Shown piece after piece: positions 54,901-64,000 of a stretch of DNA of 64,000 bases. Origin of the DNA: Octopus sinensis (Eukaryota); assembly GCF_006345805.1 (NCBI RefSeq), contig NC_043005.1:63860001-63924000 (forward strand). Direction: 5' to 3'. Each line of letters begins with the position of its first letter. Positions within the stretch are counted from its first letter, which is position 1. Under the pieces are notes generated by a model. That model worked only from the letters and a program-made list of their open reading frames with translations. It was not told the DNA's origin and searched no databases. The position numbers and the translations under genes were made by a program.

Positions 54901-55429
54901 TGCGACAATGTAAACTTTCCTTTAATCAAGATATTCTTGGCCTGAAGAGTAACCTGCGATATACACCTCGGTTGTACGCCATTCCTTAACTTTTATATAT
55001 GTGTGGGGGGAGGTGGTGTCTGTGTTTGTATGTGTGTGCGTAATGTGCATGTATGTATGTATGTATAGATGGATGGATGGATGGATGGATGGATGGATGA
55101 AGGGAGGGAGGGAGGGAGGGATGGATGTATGTGTGCGTCTATGAGTGAATGATTAAGATTATTGTGTCTTATATCAGATTATTGTGTCTTATATCAAACT
55201 TACTATTACATTCTTTTATAGTTGTTAAACTATTTTGTTTATATCATCATTATTTCAAAATCATTTTTATGATTTTTTTTTTAGTAATAGAGGATGAAAG
55301 AATTTGAAATTGGTTTCTTCCGGAAACTTTCATTTGAATTGAATTTCCCACTCTTATATTGACTTTTCTATCGCATATTTATGACTGCCCTTTTACCTTG
55401 TCAGATAATTTATTATATTAACAATATAT

Positions 55430-55529
55430 CGTGAAGTTTATTTGTCATTTGAATATGGCTAACCCCTAAGGGTGGATGCTACTGTAGCTTGTAGCCCCAG
55501 GAGGACATCTCGCTCAGAGATTTATTATT
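55430..55529. mobile_element. short rearranged copy of the 7871-8349 family
   Basis: 55430-55510 matches 7886-7966; 55511-55529 is an inverted match to about 8199-8217; TTAACAATATA flanks both sides. Confidence 0.75.
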
Positions 55530-58094
55530 AACAATATAGTAATAAAAGATTCGTGGCAGGGATCGAACTAACTCCATTGCCTTTCAAATCCAATCTATTT
55601 GCTCTGTCTCATCCAGTGATCAATTAGAATGATTGCCGTTATTTCATATGGAAAATTTGTTTTACAGATGACACACAGTTGCATATACACCGAAAGATAT
55701 ACACATCATCATACAATCACACAGTTCTGTTTATACAAAGAAATAAAACAGTGGTATGTAACAATCACAAATAAGTATATAGATATACACAAACAGATAA
55801 ACGGATAGATATCACATTTCCTAGAACATATTAAGACACGCAGATTCATAAAGTAATATACAGATGCGCACTCACTTACGTACACACACAATAATACACA
55901 CATGCGACCAAGTGTCTGTAAAGGTATATACACAAACATGTAGAGAAAATACAAAGAACTATGTTCAATGAAGAACTTGTAATGTCCAATGTAAAGACTA
56001 ATTGACAAACTCTGCTTTCTTCCCAATTTATACCAATTATTTAATTGAAGTAGAATCTTTTAGATGATCTCTTAAGGATTATGAAATTTATTTTACTCCA
56101 GTATTTAAGATCTAACCATGCTTTCTTTTCTTTGAAGTCATGTAAGCATTCATAAAATATTGTTTCTTGTACTAAATATTTTAAAGTTGGACGCAAATAG
56201 AAAAAAGAACTTGTAGAATATCAATCAAATTAATAGAGATTGAATTTTCTCTTTCATCAGTTAAACCAGATAAAACCAAAGGTATAACACAGAGATAACA
56301 GAGATAACGTGGTTACAAATGCGATATTCAACTCACGAAACACCTGAGCGTTAGCACAATTACAGAATTTACGTATTTTCTTTGAGAAATAATTTGATAG
56401 TGGTTTTACATTAAGAAAATTTCACAATTCATTTGTCACTATTTCTTCCTTCTGTCACAATAATCGAATACTTTTGAACAACAGTAATTGAGAGGCGCCA
56501 AACTAGATGACTTGTCTTGTAGTATCTATAACTTTATATAATGCTAGTGATAAGTTTCGTTTTATTTTTCCCAGGCTTCTAAATAAGTCGCGATCATAAA
56601 TCTGACTATTTATGTTCAGCAATGTACGAAGTTATATAAAACTTATGTTAATATGCATTGTTATCTCCTTCTCAAAATATACTATTTCACAAAATCCCTC
56701 CAAATGTGAAAATTTAGATTTTCATTTGAACTTTTCGGAATTAAACCTATTTCCAGCAACATCTCCGATTTTAAAATATTGTTCATCGCAAACAGGATTG
56801 CAATAAAATAGATTCAAATTGTAAACAGAATTCTAATGGAACTGGATACATGAGATATTGTTCTTAACTCATTACATTTCCTATTCATACTGTTCAGTGT
56901 ATCCTGTTTACATAAACCAGCAGGAGAGAACTGGCTATTTGTAGTATCAATTTTCCAGTCTTTTATTACATTTAATGACTTCTATAATCTCAAAACCAGT
57001 ATATTAGTGATACTGAATATTATATGTCGAACTATAATTTTCATATTTATAAGTACGCAATAGGATCCATTTGTAAATATACTTCGAAACTTTAAACGGA
57101 ACATTAGATAAGCGAGCTTTATCAAACGTTGCAAATATTACTCGTCGCACATATTATTGTCTAGAAGTGTAGGCGTGCTTATGCATTTTAAGAATTCACT
57201 TTATCAACTACCATGTTTTAAGTTCTCTTCGACAGCACTGAACCCTGGCCAAGTATTCTCTGTCTTAGCTTTGAGGCAGCCAAAACCATGTGAAAACGAC
57301 GAACGTGAAGAAACAATATGTTCCAGGATCATCGGCTGCAAACTGTTAGTGTAATGTACTGTTGCCAATTATTAACCATTGCCTTTACAAAAGTGTCTAA
57401 TTGTGGCGAACCAGAACAATGATTGAGGTGGCTGTTATGAAGATCTAACAATACAGCGACATAATATAGTCTATGTATATGTATTTGCGATTGTGAGAGA
57501 AGCGTTCGTAGTATCTAACGATACCAGAGCTCTAGGAGTAACGGCTGGTTGCCTTAAAATATCTACATACTGTTTTAATTCAGACATTGCCTTAGCAGGC
57601 AGCAGTTGATAGTAAATATATAGGTGTTTTTGCGTGTGTGTACGTGTGCGCGCACGTGTGTGTGTGTGTGTCTGCGCACGTACGTGTGTGTGTGTGTGTG
57701 TGTGTACGTACGTGTGTGCGTGTATCTGTGTGTGTGTGCGCGCGTGTGTGTGTTCTCTCTTGTGGTGCATAAATCATTCCATTCCTGTTTCATCTAATTT
57801 TCGAAAAAGACTGCTGTTGAAATTTAAAGGAAAGATTATACCACAATTCTCTTAAGAAAGCTTTCTTATAGTTTATTCCACTGTTGGTTATATGTGTATG
57901 TGAGTGTATGAGTGTCTGTGTGCATGTGTGTAATAACTAGATTGTTAGGATATTTAGCATAGAATAGTGTAGAATAAAATAGAATAGAATAGAATAGAAT
58001 AGATAGATAGATAGAATATATATGTACACACATACCTATACATATATGAAGAACGGGTGAGGATATAGATATATGTGCGTGTGTGTATGTATGT

Positions 58095-58157
<63 letters not shown>

Positions 58158-58992
58158 TATATGTTATATATATATATATATATATATACATATATATATA
58201 CATATATATGTTATATATATATATACATATATATATGTTATATATATATATATATATATAATATATATATATACATACATATGTACGTGTGTGTGCTAGT
58301 GTTTACACGTATGTCGAATCCGAGAGAGAGAGAGAGAGAGAGATAGGCGGTTTCAGGAAACTTTTGATATAAAAGCCATTCTTTCTAAATCACGATGCGT
58401 CTAATTGTATGCAAATTGAAGTGGATCTATCCTGTAATCCGTATTGATTCTTGTCTTTATCTGACATGATATACTTAACAACCTCTTAGTGATTCTACTT
58501 TGGCATAAAGCTTGTTTGTGTTGTTATTGTTGTTGTTATAATATTGTTGTCTTTGCAGTCGTGTATTTTTGTTATTTTTTCTTTTGGTTTTGCTAAACAA
58601 AATATCACTTACTTGTGTATGTATGTAAAAACTGGATTTAACTCATTCATATTGCTTCTTTCAAATCACACCATAATTCAATGCGTGAGAGGCAATCTTT
58701 TGTGAAAACTATCGGTGTAAGAATTGCACGCTTGATATCTTGAGTTATGTTATTCTTCTATTCGTCTATTCTTGAAATTGCTTCAATCATATGGTCATGC
58801 TGTAGCATTATCTCAAAGCGGTATGGTCGATCATATTCACATATGTACGAGTTTCTGCTGTCTGATAATTATTTTCTCGACATCTATTCATCATATGGCT
58901 AGGATACTTTCTGACGTAAATGGATGAAACTCGTTATGTTTTACAGCGATATGCACAAACACACATAATCACACGCACATACACATATAGCC

Positions 58993-59049
<57 letters not shown>

Positions 59050-59057
<8 letters not shown>

Positions 59058-59399
59058 TCTACTTCCATGCCTTAGAACATTTTTTCAACCAATATATCCC
59101 TCTTTATTTGTTCTCTACTTATTATTTCTTTACCCCTTCTCCTCCTATGGTTTAGCCTTTGACGTCAGATCTACTAACGGTTTTTTTTAAATACTTAATA
59201 CCATTCGGTTTATCATTTATGCAGTCATCAAAATTGTTATAATGTTTTGTTGTTGATATAGGTTCTCTTTCTTTCCTGATGAGAAGATTACAGTATTTTA
59301 CATCGTTTATTCCTTTGGAATAAAACCAATGTTGTCTTCGAAACATATGTCGAAAGTAAATGAATTTGCATAACACCTGCGTTCAACTCTATTTATTTA

Positions 59400-59405
<6 letters not shown>
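59050..59405 (+). mobile_element. PLE pseudo-LTR/3' UTR fragment between microsatellites
   Basis: Homologous to 13820-14090. Confidence 0.75.
59271..59356 (+). ncRNA. type I hammerhead ribozyme
   Basis: ctttc CTGATGA gaagat...gtcttc GAAA catatg TC gaaag: canonical core, 5-bp stem I, palindromic stem III, GUC triplet (C59351). Confidence 0.88.
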
Positions 59406-59449
<44 letters not shown>

Positions 59450-60848
59450 ATTACACACACATACATACACACACACATATACACGTGTATATGTCAGTGG
59501 ATGCTTGAGTTCCCGTCTATAACATTACATTCACATGATATAAGTTAATCCGAGTCTGCTGCAAATGACGCTTCCAAGTTGCAATGCACTAAAACCGAAC
59601 CCGGATTCGTAATCACACGGTTGTGCTTTCACTTATATTTTACCATTAATAGAAATGGGTTTTAGGAACTAGGAGAACGCTAAATTATATTAGGCTATGG
59701 TCATAAAGTAAAAAGTGGACACAGCCGACCTATTCGCGCGCACTGGAAGGTAGGAAACGCCGAGCACTTGCGTGTCCTCCATTTCCATCACTGTATGTTA
59801 CAACTTTGCATCAAAGTTCTTGCTTTCTGACCTTGGACTGCTGTCCTTCTTATTGCTGCTATTGCCGTGTTTGTTTTTAAAAAAATCAGCACGAGTAAAA
59901 TGTTTTATGGTGTGGTTGATTTGTGCTTGGAAACAACATCTTCAAATCACAAAGTGTTTAGAACCGTTCATCAATTTATCTATTTGTAAGTCTATATCAT
60001 GTTTGTCACGTCTTGTCTTGTATGAAGTGATGTTTTTTTAGCTTAATCTGGGGCGAAGTGCATCGGCCAAGTTTTTTTTTTTCTTTTTTTGCAGGACGTA
60101 AAATTAAAAGCTAGGAGGCAGAATCTGGCGACATGGTCCTAATGTATCTAACAAAATGTAGTCAGCTAAAGGAACCGAAGAATAAAGTGGTGAGAATAAA
60201 CTGGATGACGGTATATGTCTAACATTCCGAAACAGATACATCTAATTTTACAGGCTTCTACACCGATAGCACCAACTCAGTTTTATTCACTACACACGTG
60301 GTTATAAATAGTTACACGGTTACGCGCAAATAGTCCGTAATTCACATGAACTTCGTTAGCTGACCGTAATAATCGAACTCAGTGTAATTTTAAAAGGAAA
60401 ATTCTATGCCGAGTTTAACTAGAATAAAATATTGGAGTTTAATTAGAATAAAATATTGGACTTAGTCAATTGAGTACCTATGGCTTATGAGTTATTTCTG
60501 TTCAAAATAATTCATCCTTTCGCTGAAAAGCATTTTATCATCATCTACATTTCGTTGATTCTACCGTAAATACTTCAGCAAATATGCAAAAAGTGTATGA
60601 TGCTGGTCAGGTCATAAACGACCAAAACATATTCGGAGTTTTCCTCCCGTATATACAAAAATATTTACAATAATATCAGTCATGAACTAACATCGGTTTC
60701 TTTTCTTTATCAACAAAATGTTTTGATATCTTTTCATACACTCTGAATTAAAGATATCAATACTAACTTCCTCTTATTCCTATCAAGGACCTTTGTATTA
60801 AAATAGTTAAAATTGATGTTTATTGGCAATGGAGCAGACAAATAGTGA

Positions 60849-61830
60849 GGAATTTTACCAAATTTTACCAGTTATTGTTCACCAAGGGCCACAATAACGA
60901 ATGAACCTAGGACCCTACCACAGACAGGCCGTTCTAAACAGACATTGATTGGCGAAACTGACATGGCAAATAAATCCTGCCACACACAGGCCATCCAAGT
61001 GCCTCTTGTAAATGACAAGAATGAAGACAATGACATGCAAACACCTACGAAACAAGAAACAGGAGATCTTGCAGAAAAAGACCAAACTTCCCACGAAAAG
61101 AAACAGATCCAGAGCAAACGCTCAAATGAAGGAAGGCCAGTATGTATCCATTACAGGCGCAACAAGTGCAAACATGGTCTTTCAGGTACAGGGTGCATGT
61201 ACAGTCACCCCAAACCATGCAGACCATATATCAACTTCGGTACTGATCGAAAAAAAGGATGCCAAAATGGCCGAGAATGTGAACTCCTTCACCCAAAGAT
61301 GTGCCGCAATTCGCTGAGAAAAAAAAGAATGTTTTGGTGAGAATTGCAAATTTATGCACCGGAAGGGTACAATTCGCATAAAAACTACTGAACCCACACC
61401 ACCAGGACCAAGCTCAGCAGGGTATGAAAACCATTTCCCAAAAATGCGGAAACCAGGTCATGGCTCAGCAGGGTATGAAAACCATTTCCCAAAAATGCGG
61501 AACCCAGGTCATGGCTCAACAGTGAATGAAAATCATGCTACTCAATTGTATACATCAGCTGTAACAAACCCAAACTCGCAGAAATTCGATATAGTAATGA
61601 ATGAAAGCAGTTTTTTAGGCATAATCTACCAACTACAACAACAGCTGTACTCCATACAGACGACTCAGCAAAACCAGGCAACATTGATACAAAGGCTGAC
61701 ACCTGGACTTACAGGGCACGTACAACAAATACAGACAGCCCAGCAGACCGAATATCCAGTCAGCACAGTCCCAGCAACTACAACAGTCTTGCCAACAATA
61801 GGGCAGATGTATCCGGTACAACAAGCATAA
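60849..61830 (+). CDS. LINE ORF1 (probably partial) with three CCCH zinc fingers; one frameshift in an A8 run at 61319-61326
   Basis: CIHYRRNKCKHGLSGTGCMYSH, CRPYINFGTDRKKGCQNGRECELLH and CRNSLRKK/ECFGENCKFMH. ORFs 60945 and 61354 join if one A is removed. Confidence 0.8.
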
Positions 61831-64000
61831 TAACAGCAAATATCCAGGGTCTTTATCCGAAAACAAAACAGTGTAAAGTCCCTTTCTTGGAAGAATTAGC
61901 AACAGAAAACAACTCCAAAATAATTGGAATTACTGAAAGTCATCTCAACGAAAACATCCGCAACAGCGAAATCACAATCAATAGATTCAACATCTTCAGA
62001 TGTGATAGACAAGGCAGATCCCATGGGGGCGTTATCATGTATATCCATGATACCTATGCATGCATAGAACTTGTCAATGAATCAAATGCCTACTGCAACC
62101 TGCTGTGCATAAAAATCATCCAACTTAATACAGTTGTAACAATAATGTACAGACCGCCAAACAGCCCAACATTATCCTTCACTGAGCCACTGACGAAGCT
62201 CCAACAAATTCTGGGAAACATGGCAAGTCCAATGCCAGACATTATCCTCCTTGGTGACTTCAACTTCCCTAACATCATCTGGCCACATGGACACATACTA
62301 AAACTGGGGACAAAAGCTGAACAAATACAGGCAGCCAAACTGTTGGAAGTCACAGAGAAATTATACCTCAAACAAATGATGACAGAAGCAACAAGAAATA
62401 ATAATACGATCGACTTGGTTTTCACCAACAACGAGGACACGCTATTTGACCTTCACTCAACCCCAACAATCCTTTCAGACCACAATATTATTGAAATGCA
62501 TTTACACATTGGTAATGAGCCCAATGCCACAACTCTTAAACAAAAGGACATGCCAAAGCTATGCAGGTATGATTATCACCAGGCAAATTGGGAAACTATT
62601 AACAACCAGTTACAAATCATTGACTGGGATCTCTACCTTACTGGGCCAGATAAACACAAGAAATTCTTAAACAAGATCGAAGAAATATGTGAAAAAAATG
62701 TTCCTCTAAAGAAAACCAAGTCCACAAAAAAACCTGTACCACGGGAGCGAAAGATCCTGATGCGCAAAAGGTCAAGACTAAGAAACAAAACATCTAAGCT
62801 GACATCAAAACATGAATTACAGAAAGTCCTTGACCAAATATACAGATTAGAAGACAATCTAAAACAACACTATGATGAAGAACGTAACAAGGCAGAAAAG
62901 AAAGCCATAGAAAACATCAAGAAAAATCCAAAATGTTTCTACAGTTTTGCAAAGAAATACTCGAACACCAAGTCAACAATAGGACCTCTCCAGAGACAAA
63001 ATGGGGATGTAGTGAATAACCCTATTGAAATGGCAGAAATGTTGGGTCAACAGTATGAAAGTGTCTTCAGTGAGCCATCTAAAACCATGAAGATCCATGA
63101 CCCAGGAAAATTCTTCAAGGATATCGACCATACTAAACCTACCCTATCCGACATTGATTTCAACCCAGAAGACATAGCAAGAGCAATAGACAAGCTCTCC
63201 ATGCACTCGGCTGCGGGGCCTGACGGTTTCAATGCCATGATACTTAAAAACTGCAAGGCACAATTGTCGAAACCCCTTTACATGATATGGAGGGAATCTA
63301 TGGAGAATGGCAAAATACCAAATACATATAAAGAAGCACACATAACTCCAATACATAAAGGGGATAGCAAATCAAAACCAAAGAACTACCGACCAATCTC
63401 ACTGACATCACACATTATCAAGGTCTTCGAAAGAATAGTTCGTGGAAAACTGGTTGAGTTCCTGGAATCCAACAATCTGATGAATTGCAACCAGCATGGA
63501 TTCAGGTTAGGTAGATCATGCCTTTCCCAACTACTGGCACACCATGACCAAATCCTAGAAAATCTAGAGAATGGATACAACACAGATGTTATCTACCTCG
63601 ACTTTGCCAAGGCATTTGACAAGGTAGATCATGGCATCCTGGGTCACAAACTTCGAAAGCTAGGAGTAGGAGGAAAAGTTGGTACATGGATAAACGAGTT
63701 CCTTACAAATAGAACTCAAACAGTCACTGTGAATGGAACCCATTCAACACCATCACCTGTGACCAGCAGTGTTCCTCAGGGTACAGTACTCGGCCCAATC
63801 CTGTTTCTCATCCTCATCTCTGACATAGATGAAGATACAACCAGCAACGTCTCATCCTTTGCTGATGACACCAGGGTCATGAGACAAATCAAAGACGAGG
63901 TGGATACAGAGGCCTTACAAAAGGACCTGACCACCATATATAAATGGCAGGAAACAAACAACATGTTGTTCAATGATAAGAAGTTTGAACTAATTCGCTA
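61605..64000 (+). CDS. LINE ORF2: AP endonuclease plus reverse transcriptase, stop-free to the window edge
   Basis: Manual translation: ANIQGL, GITESHL, RCDRQGRSHGGV, YRPP, LLGDFNFP, IDLVFTN, SDH, AAGPDG, NYRPISLTS, QHGFR, YLDFAKAFDKV, VPQGTVLGPILF, FADD. Missing from the ORF track because it has no stop codon in the window. Confidence 0.97.

Larger units (their letters stand above)
60849..64000 (+). mobile_element. young CR1-group LINE, running off the window end; 5' boundary uncertain
   Basis: Composition shift near 60860; ORF1 and ORF2 described separately. Confidence 0.95.

Noticed and set aside
55101-55120. (GGGA)n potential G-quadruplex
   Set aside because: Part of an ordinary (GGAT)/(GGGA) microsatellite.
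53655-57545. ~50-bp inverted match between 53655-53705 and 57495-57545
   Set aside because: Short and diverged with no TSD; probably dispersed repeat fragments.
62090-63973. Minus-strand and alternative-frame ORFs over the LINE
   Set aside because: Shadows of the long plus-strand ORF2.

Overview
AT-rich, microsatellite-saturated eukaryotic DNA. The SINE families and (TA)n/(CA)n/(ATT)n load resemble an Octopus-type (coleoid cephalopod) genome; this is inference, not a database result. I found no convincing host protein-coding exon, and almost all listed ORFs are microsatellite translations or antisense reads of transposons. The window is a patchwork of transposable elements: at least four tRNA-derived SINE families; RTE, HERO, R4/Dong and CR1-group LINEs; Penelope-like elements (PLEs; RT thumb and GIY-YIG endonuclease); mariner/Tc1 fragments; Helitron and piggyBac-type non-autonomous elements; and a solo LTR. 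Highlights: (1) several type I hammerhead ribozyme motifs in PLE/retrozyme-like repeats, including one on each arm of a 338-bp near-perfect palindrome and one whose predicted cleavage site coincides with an inversion junction; (2) a young CR1-group LINE at the right edge with a triple-CCCH ORF1 and a stop-free ORF2 (61605 to the window end, absent from the ORF track). ORF2 has no AUG before its endonuclease domain and opens 6 nt upstream of an in-frame U_UUU_UUA slippery heptamer, suggesting ORF1-ORF2 fusion by -1 ribosomal frameshifting.
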